From positions 2,240,001 through 2,304,000 of the forward strand of contig OY761158.1 in the NCBI GenBank assembly GCA_963664405.1: a stretch of 64,000 nucleotides of DNA, written 5' to 3'. The notes under the pieces were generated by a model. It saw only the letters and a list, made by a program, of their open reading frames with translations, was not told where the DNA came from and made no database searches. How positions within the stretch are numbered: the stretch's first letter is position 1; every line of letters begins with the position of its first letter. This DNA is from Thermoanaerobaculia bacterium (GTDB taxonomy: Bacteria > Acidobacteriota > Thermoanaerobaculia > Multivoradales > Multivoraceae). Positions 51,547 through 61,033 of the stretch are shown piece after piece. Position numbers and translations under genes: made by a program.

Positions 51547-51984
51547 TCAGCGCCGCCTGCGTAGGCGGGCGACGCGTGCACCGCTGCCACCGAGCGCCGG
51601 CGGTGCTTCGAGGTGCTCGGCGACCCTCGGATGGCGGTCGAGCTCGCGGCGACTTTCCTCCGCCAGAATCCCCCGACCCTTGCCATGAATGATGAGTACG
51701 GACTCACCCCTCTGGGCGCTCAGGAATGAGCGGAGGCGCTCACGGGCACCTTCCCGATCCAGCCCATGAAGGTCCAGCGTCCCACCGATCTCGATCTGAC
51801 CGCGAGCAACTCGACCCACAAAGCGAGCCGGGTACTCGGCCTGACGCTCGGGCACCGGCTCCGAATCTCGATCGGCCCCCGCACCGAGGCGCTCGATGTC
51901 CTCCAAGGCGCGCTCAAAGAGCGCCTGGTCGCTACTCCTCTCGGCCTCGGACCGCTTCCTTCGACGCTTTTGCGATCGCCCCAT
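51547..51984 (-). CDS. Smr/MutS2 domain protein
   Basis: LDLHGL, VLIIHGKGRGIL, GGSGA. Confidence 0.9.
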   Translation of the reverse strand: MGRSQKRRRKRSEAERSSDQALFERALEDIERLGAGADRDSEPVPERQAEYPARFVGRVARGQIEIGGTLDLHGLDREGARERLRSFLSAQRGESVLIIHGKGRGILAEESRRELDRHPRVAEHLEAPPALGGSGARVARLRRRR

Positions 51985-52129
51985 GACAGCTCTTAGACCC
52001 CCGATACTCGAAACGCCCGGCGTCTGAGTGGGTCTCACCCAGAGCACCCTGCCCTGCGGAGTATAGATGCCCATCGCCTGCCAGCGATCCTCCCAGGAGA
52101 CGCTGCGGTCGAGTCGTTCGGCGGCCCGA

Positions 52130-53095
52130 CTATGGCGTTACGGTGACCGCAACGTCGCTGTCGGCGCCAACCGCACCGTCACTCGCCAGGCACCTGAGCA
52201 CGTACTCCCCCGGCTCCTCGAAAGTCGCCTGAACCACCCACTTTCCCTTTGGCGGAAGCGGCGGCACCTGCCACAGCGGCGCCCAGGGAGAGTTGGCGCC
52301 GGTGCGGGTGTCCTCCCACACCTTGGTCTGCAGAGGATCGAAGCTCACCTTGCCAGAGCCGCGGTAGAGGTACCAGGACAGCCGCAGCCCGGTCGCGCTG
52401 CCGACGGTGAGATGCTGATGTGGTGTCATTCGTAGATCCTTTGGCATCTCGCGTTTGCCGCGAGCGGCCAAGATGATCTCTGGCGAGATCGGTGTCTGAC
52501 CCATGGGCGCCGGTACGCCATCGTCGGTCGCCCAGGCGACCAGTTCCAGGGGTTCGCCGACGCGGACACTACGCGTCGCCTTACCGTCGACCTTGATGAC
52601 CGGTGCCTTGTTGGCGCGAATGACCGGATTGCTCGAACCGGCCCCGATCGCTCCCTGCTCGGAGGCTTCGACAAGACCGTCGACGAAGTAGTCCTGCCGC
52701 AGCGTTGCGTAAGCCCGCTCGGTCTCCCCTTTGGTGGTCAGCGTCCAGATCAACTCGTCGTCTTCACCAAAGTTCTTGGGAACGGGAACGCGAAAGACGA
52801 AGCGGTTGCGGCGCGGCAGAAAGTGGGTCGGCTGCCCGCGATCCGCCCCGCCTGGCGAGAAGCTGTTCTCGGCACCGACCGGCACATCGAGCTCTTCCAT
52901 CCAGTTCCGATTCATGTAGCCGAACAGAAAGTAGCGGTCGCCGTCGGCGTCGCGCTCCCACCCCTCGTAGGCCGGCGAGATGGATTGGCCGCGCGAGTAC
53001 GAGAGCTGGGCGCTCGCGCCCCGTGCGAAGAGCACGAGTGCGAGCGCGATGAGAAGCACCCTTCCCAATGCGTGGAATGCGTTCTTGGTCATCAA
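52130..53095 (-). CDS. Hypothetical secreted protein with Ig/PKD-like C-terminus
   Basis: Signal peptide ending ASA, GQ.ISPAYEGW, FGYMNRN, GQPTHFLPRR, ATDDG, F.EPGEYVLR..ASDG. Confidence 0.7.
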   Translation of the reverse strand: MMTKNAFHALGRVLLIALALVLFARGASAQLSYSRGQSISPAYEGWERDADGDRYFLFGYMNRNWMEELDVPVGAENSFSPGGADRGQPTHFLPRRNRFVFRVPVPKNFGEDDELIWTLTTKGETERAYATLRQDYFVDGLVEASEQGAIGAGSSNPVIRANKAPVIKVDGKATRSVRVGEPLELVAWATDDGVPAPMGQTPISPEIILAARGKREMPKDLRMTPHQHLTVGSATGLRLSWYLYRGSGKVSFDPLQTKVWEDTRTGANSPWAPLWQVPPLPPKGKWVVQATFEEPGEYVLRCLASDGAVGADSDVAVTVTP

Positions 53096-53111
53096 GGCGA
53101 AAAAAGCTGCG

Positions 53112-54599
53112 CTAGCGACCTCCGGTGGCTGTCGCCGCCTCCTTCATGAGCTCTTCCATCGGAATCACGTTACAAAGCGGACAGCCGATGACGTGATCGT
53201 TCTTCGTCAGGTTGAACACTTCGCGTCGCTTCTTCATCTCCTCCTGGAACTGCTCGTCCGAGAGAGCGACGCCGTGCCCCAGATCGATGAACATGTTCGC
53301 CACCGACCGATTCCCCGATCCCTGCCAGTTGCGCGGGTCGGGGATGTTCCGGTTTGCCTCGGTGTTGTCCATGAAGCCGATAATGTGCAGGATGGTTCCC
53401 TTGGGGAGGAGCGGCTCGTAGTTGTTGCTGTATTCGTAGCCTCTGACCCAGTTGTGGTCGTACCCGGCACAGGTGAGGGTCTCTACGTGGATGCCCCAGA
53501 TCGCCTCGAGACACATGCGAGCCCCTGGCGCGTGGAGGTGGGGCTCGAAAGTGGTGATCTTGGTGTGCTCCGGCAGGATCATGTAGGCGTGGAGCTCCTG
53601 ATCGGCCCGGTTCGGCCGGATGTCGATGTCGACGGCGTTACCGAGCGAGCGCACGGCCTCACTGTACTTGGGCTCGTATCCCTTGGGATGGAACTTCCAC
53701 CCGATCTCGAGACGGGCGGTCGTGTCGCGGCCGTTCGAGTGGAGATGGATCGAATTCGAGATGATGCTCGAGCCGGCCTCCAACAAGCGGGCTCCATCGG
53801 GATCGAAGACGTCGGCATTGCGGCCGACTTCGTGCACGGGCCAGCTGGTGCCGAGGAAGTTGCTCGCAGCCTGATCGGCCGCCGCCGCCCCGGCTCCCTC
53901 TTCGAGCACTGCTGTGCTCCAGATCATGTGGTGGAAGATAAAACGACCACCGACGGTGGGCCGGCCTGAGGGCTTGCCCTGGGCGTCGAGGACGTCGTTG
54001 ATCTCACGCACCTCGACCGCCGCGACATAGCGGTCTTCGCTGAGGCCCGTCAGTACGGACTGGATCTCACCCCACCAGTCGGGTGCATCGGCTTTCATCG
54101 TCAAGCTCTGCAGCACATTGATCAGGTCCGGCTCGCCGATCGCCCAGTCCGAGTTGGAGTCGAGCGCTAGAGGCGGCGGCATGTCGGCCGGATCTCCCCT
54201 CGGCGCTCCGCCACGGGCCCACCTGTCGATCTTCGCGAGCTCCGCCTCGGAAAGGGAGGGGTCGTACTGGTAGTTCTGGATGCCGACGTCTGTTTCGATG
54301 TACCAGGGGGGCATCACCCCCGCCACCGGGCCCATATGAGTGCGCTTGGCGATCGCCTTGGAATAGGGACGGACCTGGTCGTAGGTGATGAGCGACATCG
54401 GCGCCACCGAGTCCGGCTTGTGGCAGCTCTGGCAGCTGCGCTGCAGAATCGGCGCGATGTCTTTGGTGAAAGTCACGACAGACGTGTCCGGAACGTCAGC
54501 GGCTCCAGCCGCCATCGCGCTTGGCGCTGAGAGGATGATCATCGCCAGTGCCAGCAAGGTCGTAGAGATAGTGGCCTTATGAGCGTTTTTGATCGCCAC
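53112..54599 (-). CDS. Cytochrome c fused to a copper type II (PHM/DBM-like) monooxygenase domain
   Basis: TF.KDIAPILQRSCQSCH, MPPW, then HHM, HLH, PHLH and ANMF; AAGGAG before GTG 54599. Confidence 0.75.
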   Translation of the reverse strand: MAIKNAHKATISTTLLALAMIILSAPSAMAAGAADVPDTSVVTFTKDIAPILQRSCQSCHKPDSVAPMSLITYDQVRPYSKAIAKRTHMGPVAGVMPPWYIETDVGIQNYQYDPSLSEAELAKIDRWARGGAPRGDPADMPPPLALDSNSDWAIGEPDLINVLQSLTMKADAPDWWGEIQSVLTGLSEDRYVAAVEVREINDVLDAQGKPSGRPTVGGRFIFHHMIWSTAVLEEGAGAAAADQAASNFLGTSWPVHEVGRNADVFDPDGARLLEAGSSIISNSIHLHSNGRDTTARLEIGWKFHPKGYEPKYSEAVRSLGNAVDIDIRPNRADQELHAYMILPEHTKITTFEPHLHAPGARMCLEAIWGIHVETLTCAGYDHNWVRGYEYSNNYEPLLPKGTILHIIGFMDNTEANRNIPDPRNWQGSGNRSVANMFIDLGHGVALSDEQFQEEMKKRREVFNLTKNDHVIGCPLCNVIPMEELMKEAATATGGR

Positions 54600-54674
54600 A
54601 GCGCGCTCCTTCCGGACATAAACCGGCAACATCGTGATCAGAGCAACGATACTTGAACGGAGGTTGCCCGGCAA

Positions 54675-54839
54675 CTAGACCAGCGTTTCCAAAGTTCGTG
54701 TACATAGCTCGAGGTCATTCTGTTCGCTGGCCAGGCGCGCCGACGCAGGCATATTGGGCAATATGTCGAGGAGGCGAAACGCCGTCAGCGGACAGAAGGG
54801 GCCGAGATATGTGTGCGAACTTTGGAAACGCTGGTCTAG
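54675..54839. mobile_element. MITE family F1, copy 4 (165 bp)
   Basis: Same TIRs; CTAG at both ends. Confidence 0.88.
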
Positions 54840-54885
54840 GAGGCACACGCAGCTGCCGAGCCCTCGAGTTGGCTACCCGTCCTTG

Positions 54886-55052
54886 CTAGTACACGCGGCC
54901 ATAAATACGGACACGTTTGGAGCGACGCTGCATCCTCTCCAGCAGCGTTGCGCTCCCTGCGGCGTACTGCCAGGTACGCCTCAGTCACGCGCCTTGCTGG
55001 CGAGGCGCTTCGTCGCTCGAAACGTACCCGTACTTATGGCCGCATGTACTAG
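54886..55052. mobile_element. MITE family F2, copy A (167 bp)
   Basis: TIRs CTAGTACACGCGGCCATAAATACGG / CCGTACTTATGGCCGCATGTACTAG; near-identical inverted copy at 60770. Confidence 0.88.
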
Positions 55053-56716
55053 TTGAAGGCGAGTCTGATCACCGACCCATGGTGGTTCTCGATGTGCCTC
55101 GTCGGGCCGTTCGAGTTACAGGTCCACACATTGCCCTCGGCGTCGAACTCGATCTCGCGAGTGTAGGTCACTCGCGTCGGCATCCGGTACTCGGTGAACT
55201 CCTCGGTCTTGGGATCGAAGCGCACGATCGAGTCGGTGCCGGTCCCGGTGATCCAGACCTCTCCGGTCTGCGGATGAATGTTGAGCGCGTAGGGCAGAGA
55301 GTTCGGCCCGTTCGGCATGTCGTATACCTTCCAGGTTTCGCTCTCAGGCTCGAAAGAAGCGATGTCGCCGCTGGCCCAGCCCGGAACCCAGACGATTCCG
55401 TTCGGCGCCACGTGCAACCGCCTCGGCCCGTGCACCGGGGGCTTCCATTCGACGATCTGATCGGGGCTGCCATCCGCCGCTTCTGGGTCGACGCGACCGA
55501 TGCGCTGGCCGTTGAGCTTGCTGTACCAGACCTTGTGGTCGGGGGCGATGTCGATGCCGTAGGGGGTGATACCACGCGACTCGCCGCCGGCACCACCGCC
55601 ACGGACCTGCTTGGCGTCCGGCAGGTCGTAGAACTTCACCTGGTAGGTCTCGGGATTGATCGAGAAAACGCCGAGTCCTGCGTCCGTCCACCAAACCGTA
55701 CCCAACTCCTGATCGACGCGCAGAGTGTGGGGGTAGCCGGCACGCTTGCGAGTGGGGTGAGCCGACACCACCGTGTATTCCTTGGTCTTGGGGTCGAACT
55801 TGGCCATCTCGCCGGAGAGGGCCAAGGTCAGCCACATGTCTCCGTTTGCCGACATCTCGATCGAGTGGGGTCCCTTGATCGGCGAATTGCTGTCGCCGAA
55901 TACCTTGCCGCCGGGGATCGAATAGGTCTCGCGCTCGCCGGTATCGAGATCGAGCCGGTGAACGGCGTCGTTACCCATGTCCACGGTGTAGATCCGTCCG
56001 TCCAAGCCGACCTCGAGGTCGTGAATGGAGGCGCGGTCTTCGAGCCCCATCTGCCATTCGGTGATCTCGACATCGAGGGCCGGGCCGGCCGGCGCGGGTG
56101 GCGGCTCGTAGGCCGGCCATTCCTTCTCGGCGTCTCTGCCATAGGTCATCACCAGGCGATCCACCAGGTCTGCCTGGGTGTGGGCATAGAGACCCTTGAA
56201 GCCGTCCATACGGGTGATCATGACTTCCCAATCCACCGGCTCCTCGGGGGAGCGAAAGCCCAGCGTTCCGACCTGATGGCAGTAGGTGCACATCATCTTG
56301 AAGTTGAGTGCATCCTCCTGCTTGTCGAATTCGAGCATCGAGAGGAGGTCATGGGCAGGGCGCTGCGCGTTGAGATCCCGTGCAGGAGCCATCACCAGCT
56401 TCATCGAATCAGAAGGAGCCTTGGGCTCGACAAAAGTGTCCTCGAGCCCGATGAGGCGCGCACGCACTTCGTACTCCCTGTCGGCCGGGAGCTGGTCGAT
56501 GCGAAAGCTACCGTCCTCCCGGCTGAACACCGAGATGCTTCGCTTCTCCACGTCATCGAAGACGGTGACAGTCGCGCCGCGAACGGGCTTCGCGTTCTCG
56601 TCGACGACCGTGCCAGCGAACGAGATCGCAGAGGGCACGTCGACGGCGTTCCTTGCCCAGGAGCCGAAAGCCAGGGAGACAAGTAGCAGAGAGAGGAGAA
56701 TCGAGCTCTTTCGCAT
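55049..56716 (-). CDS. Secreted carboxypeptidase-regulatory-like + heme c + Vgb/NHL-type beta-propeller protein
   Basis: Signal peptide, GTVVDE..KPV.GA.V, CTYCH, repeats GPHSI, PYGI, GPRRL..APNG.VW. Confidence 0.8.
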   Translation of the reverse strand: MRKSSILLSLLLVSLAFGSWARNAVDVPSAISFAGTVVDENAKPVRGATVTVFDDVEKRSISVFSREDGSFRIDQLPADREYEVRARLIGLEDTFVEPKAPSDSMKLVMAPARDLNAQRPAHDLLSMLEFDKQEDALNFKMMCTYCHQVGTLGFRSPEEPVDWEVMITRMDGFKGLYAHTQADLVDRLVMTYGRDAEKEWPAYEPPPAPAGPALDVEITEWQMGLEDRASIHDLEVGLDGRIYTVDMGNDAVHRLDLDTGERETYSIPGGKVFGDSNSPIKGPHSIEMSANGDMWLTLALSGEMAKFDPKTKEYTVVSAHPTRKRAGYPHTLRVDQELGTVWWTDAGLGVFSINPETYQVKFYDLPDAKQVRGGGAGGESRGITPYGIDIAPDHKVWYSKLNGQRIGRVDPEAADGSPDQIVEWKPPVHGPRRLHVAPNGIVWVPGWASGDIASFEPESETWKVYDMPNGPNSLPYALNIHPQTGEVWITGTGTDSIVRFDPKTEEFTEYRMPTRVTYTREIEFDAEGNVWTCNSNGPTRHIENHHGSVIRLAFN

Positions 56717-56782
56717 GGCACTTCTTCCTTTGAAAAAACGTGGAGGACCCCGAGGTCGCGAGGATTAAATCGATCTAAACAT

Positions 56783-56810
56783 ACTATAGATATGACACCT
56801 ATGGTGTCAA
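56783..56810 (-). promoter_or_regulatory. Sigma70-like promoter overlapped by a palindromic operator
   Basis: TTGACA-N16-TATAGT on the minus strand in an AT-rich patch; TGACACC-TAT-GGTGTCA at 56793-56809. Confidence 0.65.
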
Positions 56811-56854
56811 TAAAGTTACTCGATCCATAGATCGAGACACAGCGGATACGCGGG

Positions 56855-59353
56855 TCACGCTAGAACGTCTGCCGCCCGCAGGTCGGCGATCTCCTGTTCG
56901 CGCAGTCCAAGCAAGTCTCTGAGGACCTGCTCTGTGTGCTCGCCCAGGCAGGGAGCAGCGCTGTGGAGCATCGTCTTCTTCGCTGAGAAACGAGTAGCAA
57001 AAGCATCGTAGAGCATCGGGCCCAATTCGCCATGAACCAGTGTCTGACGGAAACCGCGCTCCTCGAGGTGTGGATCGGAAAGCAGATCCGTCGGTCGCTG
57101 GACTACGGACGCGGGAACCCCCGCTTCGATCAACCGCCGCTCCAAGTCGCGTGCCTCGCCTTCGGCGCACCACCTACGAACGGCCTCCTCGAGTCGCTCG
57201 CGCTGACCGAGTCGGGTCTCGAGAGTGTCGAAGGAAACATCGGAGAACGCCGCCATCGGCGCGACCTCGCACAGGCCTCGCCAATGGGCCGCGGTCTCGA
57301 CTGCAACGGCAATGAAGCGCTGGGTGCCACGGGTGGCGTAGACCCCGTGTGGGCATGCAACGTCGCTTTCCATGCCCCGACTGGTCGCGGTGTTTCCATT
57401 CACGCTCTCGTCGAGGAAGAGCGGCTCGATAAAACGAACACCGGCCTCGGCCTGCGACAGCTCGATATGCCGACCGCTACCGCCGCGCCGGCGATCCAGA
57501 ATTGCCGCCGCCAGCGCGCAGACGCCGAATTTGGGCGCGATTACATCCGTGTACGGTCCGAAGGGACCACAAGGTGGGCGATCCGGCCAGCCGGTGATGG
57601 CATGAAGACCGACCATCGCCGCCGCCTGCTGCCCAAAGCCGGCGTAGGCACTCAAGGGCCCGCCGGAGCCGAAGAGCGAAGTGCTCAGCATGATGAGATC
57701 GGAGCGGCCCTCGCTGAGAGTGTCGTAACCGAGACCGAGCCTGTCCATGGTTCCGGGGGAGTAGCTCTCGATCACCACATCGGCCCAGCCCACCAGCCGA
57801 CGCGCCAGCACCTTGCCTTCCTTCTTCGACAGGTCGAGGGCCAGGCTGAGCTTCGAGGTGTTGTACATCGCCGCCCACTGGCTGCGATTGATCCCTTCAA
57901 CGCCGTCTTTGTAGGGCGGCAGTCGTCGCGCCAAGTCAGGTCGTCGAGACGACTCGACGCGAACTACCGTAGCGCCATGATCGGCAAGTGTCTTTCCCAT
58001 CGTCGGTCCAGCCACGATCCAGCTGAAATCGACGACGTTGAGACCGGCGAAGGCCTCGCCAAGCCTCTCACCATCGGACGAGCCTCTCGCGCCTGAGCCC
58101 CGTGAAGAAGCTCGCGAGCCATCCTTCAACCAAGTCTCGACCCAGTGCTGGTGCTCCCCGAGGCGCGGCGATGGCGAGCATGGAGCGATCAACGATCGCT
58201 CGCTGTCCCGCACCGGAGATCCTGGATGCAGACGCCCTGCTATCTCATGAAGAAAACCTCTTGCGCGCAAATGGGTGTCGCCAATGAGGTCTGAAGTCGT
58301 CCGCACCGCGCCCAGCCGCAGCTTGTGCTCCAGAGTCAGCTCCACCAGCTCCGCCTTGGTGCGCGCGCGCAGGGACTCCTCTACCCGGCGGACCGCAAGC
58401 TCCACAACCTCGTCCGAGAGCCGGCCGGCATGAAACTCCTCCTGCCACCGATCCCAGTCGACGCGAGTGAGCGCCTCGTCGAGGTCTCCCGCCTTGTCGA
58501 GCTCGCGCATGACCAGGGGTAGGACGCCGCCCCCCTGACTCTGACCCTGCGGCGCCATCGATAGGGCCACCCAACCGTCGGCGCACTCACACAAGCGGGG
58601 GAAGAGGCGTGCAATGGGGGAAAGATCGGCCGGATCGCCACGATCATCACCCACCCCTGGAGGGTCGCAGCCGGCTGCCACCGCCCAGCCGACGGGACCC
58701 ATCAAGGTCCACACCATGCATTCCTGCATCGAAGTGTCGAGGTACTGCCCTGCTCCGCTGAGCTCGCGCTCGTTGAGGGCAACGATGATGTCGACGGCGG
58801 CCTGCCCACCGGAGTGAAAGTCTGAGTTCGGGAATCCCATCGGCAGCGGTGGACGATCGGTGTCGCCTTGGAGAGCAATCCTTCCTCCCGCGGCTTCGAG
58901 AGTGAGCTCGGTCGCAGGCCAGCGCGACTTCGGTCCGCGCTGGCCGAAAGGAGTGATCGACGCATAGACGAGAGTGGGGTTCTCTCTTACCAAGTCTTTG
59001 TAGCCGAGACCAAGCTCGCTCAGAGTGCCAGGGTCATCGGACTCGATAAAGACGTCGGCGCAAGCGATCAGCCGCCGCAGCTGTTGGCGGTCGCGAGCAC
59101 TCTGGACATCCAAGACCACGCTCTTCTTACCCAGCGCCACACTCGCCCAGTACAGCGAAGCCTCGGGGTCCCCCTCGCGGCCCTTCTCGAACGGAGGCCT
59201 ATACCGTGCGCTCGCGCCGCCAGGCGCTTCGACCTTGAGAACCTCGGCACCGAGATCCGCCAGCATGCGCCCGGCGAGCTCCGCTCGCGTCGTCGCGAAA
59301 TCCACGACTCGAGTGCCGGCTAGAGGCAGCGGAGGCACTCTCTCCTCCGTCAC
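56855..59353 (-). CDS. Tandem (two-domain) CaiB/BaiF family III CoA-transferase
   Basis: Two copies of G..VVDF...LAD.GA.V..VE...K.S..LD...ADV.IES; GTGA overlap with the upstream stop. Confidence 0.9.
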   Translation of the reverse strand: MTEERVPPLPLAGTRVVDFATTRAELAGRMLADLGAEVLKVEAPGGASARYRPPFEKGREGDPEASLYWASVALGKKSVVLDVQSARDRQQLRRLIACADVFIESDDPGTLSELGLGYKDLVRENPTLVYASITPFGQRGPKSRWPATELTLEAAGGRIALQGDTDRPPLPMGFPNSDFHSGGQAAVDIIVALNERELSGAGQYLDTSMQECMVWTLMGPVGWAVAAGCDPPGVGDDRGDPADLSPIARLFPRLCECADGWVALSMAPQGQSQGGGVLPLVMRELDKAGDLDEALTRVDWDRWQEEFHAGRLSDEVVELAVRRVEESLRARTKAELVELTLEHKLRLGAVRTTSDLIGDTHLRARGFLHEIAGRLHPGSPVRDSERSLIAPCSPSPRLGEHQHWVETWLKDGSRASSRGSGARGSSDGERLGEAFAGLNVVDFSWIVAGPTMGKTLADHGATVVRVESSRRPDLARRLPPYKDGVEGINRSQWAAMYNTSKLSLALDLSKKEGKVLARRLVGWADVVIESYSPGTMDRLGLGYDTLSEGRSDLIMLSTSLFGSGGPLSAYAGFGQQAAAMVGLHAITGWPDRPPCGPFGPYTDVIAPKFGVCALAAAILDRRRGGSGRHIELSQAEAGVRFIEPLFLDESVNGNTATSRGMESDVACPHGVYATRGTQRFIAVAVETAAHWRGLCEVAPMAAFSDVSFDTLETRLGQRERLEEAVRRWCAEGEARDLERRLIEAGVPASVVQRPTDLLSDPHLEERGFRQTLVHGELGPMLYDAFATRFSAKKTMLHSAAPCLGEHTEQVLRDLLGLREQEIADLRAADVLA

Positions 59354-60459
59354 GCTTCGGGGTCCTCGAACGAGCGGCCGGCGTTGGCGACCACCTCCCG
59401 CATGCCGGCCCATTCGCTCCAATGGTTGCAGAGCTTGTAGACCGACGTCTTCCAGGGGTCGTAGTTGGCCGGGTAGTCGAGAAACTGACCGTAATAGCCT
59501 CGATCGAGATGATCGCTGACTCCATGCCCCAGCCGCCGTGAGCCCTCGTGAGGATTCTCGTCACGCCAGCGACGAATTCGAAAGTACACATTCATCCGTG
59601 GATTCGGACCGAGGTTGGGCGTCGCGGTGTGAGGGAGGCTATGCAGCGCGATGACTGCATCTCCTTGATCGAGCAAGAGGGGCGTCAGCTCGGGCCATGG
59701 CCAGCCGTCGATGGGTTGGGCGCTCGGTGCCGCCGCCATGGCTTTCTCGCGGACCGAGTCGGGAAGACCGTTGAAATAGGTACCTCCCTCTGCTGAGGTC
59801 TTGATGCGCGGCCACTCCGGGCCCTCCGGACCGATGACGCCGCCCGCGTCCCGCTGCCGGCGAAAAGCGGCTTCGACTTCCTCGTGCAATCCCTTCATCA
59901 CCGCGAATTGACCGCCGCCGGCCTTGGTCTGGTCGTTGAGGCATACGCCCACCAACGCGGTGTAGCTGCCGATCGAGATTCTGCGCCCCGGGTCCTGCCA
60001 CAACTGACCGTCATTCGTCCCTCGCAGATCATCGCTCTCACCAAAATACTTGGCCGAGTCCTTTGGCCGTCCGCGGATCGGCTCGATCTCCTCGGCGCGG
60101 CGGGGAATGGCGCCGGACCAGCTGCCGTCGATGTGAGTACCAGGGCGGCCACCCAGTTGGTCGAAAGGAGGCGTCACCGCGACCTGACAGCTGATGACAT
60201 CGGGGTACCGCCCCATTTCATTGCGCATGATCTCGGCCAGGCGACTGTCTCTGAACAGCCGCAGCACATCATGGTGCGTCGCCAATTCCGCTGGAACGAC
60301 GAGCTTGCGCTCGTCCTTGGGCAACGAGCTACTGATCAGATCTCTCGCTTGCTGCGAGATCTCGCGCGGAACGGCGTTCTTGATCACGATGAACCCATCG
60401 CGAAAGAACTCCTGCTTCTGTTCAGGAGTCAGGTGGGCGGAGGGCTCGAGTGGGGTCAC
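59350..60459 (-). CDS. Phytanoyl-CoA dioxygenase (PhyH)-like Fe(II)/2OG oxygenase
   Basis: LT.EQ..EF.RDGF.VIKN, HIDG, GDAVIALH.LPH...PN....R. Confidence 0.75.
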   Translation of the reverse strand: MTPLEPSAHLTPEQKQEFFRDGFIVIKNAVPREISQQARDLISSSLPKDERKLVVPAELATHHDVLRLFRDSRLAEIMRNEMGRYPDVISCQVAVTPPFDQLGGRPGTHIDGSWSGAIPRRAEEIEPIRGRPKDSAKYFGESDDLRGTNDGQLWQDPGRRISIGSYTALVGVCLNDQTKAGGGQFAVMKGLHEEVEAAFRRQRDAGGVIGPEGPEWPRIKTSAEGGTYFNGLPDSVREKAMAAAPSAQPIDGWPWPELTPLLLDQGDAVIALHSLPHTATPNLGPNPRMNVYFRIRRWRDENPHEGSRRLGHGVSDHLDRGYYGQFLDYPANYDPWKTSVYKLCNHWSEWAGMREVVANAGRSFEDPEA

Positions 60460-60577
60460 GTCGCTGTGGCCTCGGAAGTTCGGAGCCGCAATCTTACGAG
60501 CTGAGCTGTGTCGAGGCTAGGCCAAAGCCGTTGACCCTCCTCTCACGCGAAGCTCTCCGCCTCAGAAGGAGAGTTCG

Positions 60578-60773
60578 ATGTCGAGATTCGATCGATGGGT
60601 GGGGCTGTTCCTCTTCCTCACTCCTCCAGTCCTCGCACAGACCGAGCCTCAGCGAGCTGCGCCAAAGGATTCGCGACGTTCAGCAGGGCCCGGACGGTCT
60701 GCTCTACCTGTTGACCGAGGAGAACCAGGCAGCACTGCTGCGCCTCGAGCCGGTTGCCCAGGCTACCGACTAG
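60578..60773 (+). pseudogene. Remnant of a PQQ-dependent sugar dehydrogenase (GSDH/YliI-like) with a large internal deletion
   Basis: Signal peptide MSRFDRWVGLFLFLTPPVLAQ joined out of frame to the typical C-terminus RIRDVQQGPDGLLYLLTE....LLRLEP. Confidence 0.65.
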
Positions 60774-60936
60774 TACATGCGGCCATAAGTACGGGTACGT
60801 TTCGAGCGACGAAGCGCCTCGCCAGCAAGGCGCGTGACTGAGGCGTACCTGGCAGTACGCCGCAGGGAGCGCAACGCTGCTGGAGAGGATGCAGCGTCGC
60901 TCCAAACGTGTCCGTATTTATGGCCGTGTGTACTAG
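60770..60936. mobile_element. MITE family F2, copy B (167 bp, inverted)
   Basis: Reverse complement of 54886-55052; begins on the TAG stop at 60771-60773. Confidence 0.88.
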
Positions 60937-61033
60937 TCGTTCTGGCCGCCCTCTGCGTCTCGAGGCTGGCAGTCTGCGCGCCAGGCGGTCGGTTCTCAGG
61001 TGGATGGGCCAGCGACTCACAGAATCGGTCCTC

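Noticed and set aside
54917-56686. Long antisense ORFs (this 589-aa one, 2729-4183, 17048-18391 and others)
   Set aside because: They are shadow frames opposite well-supported genes, expected at high GC.
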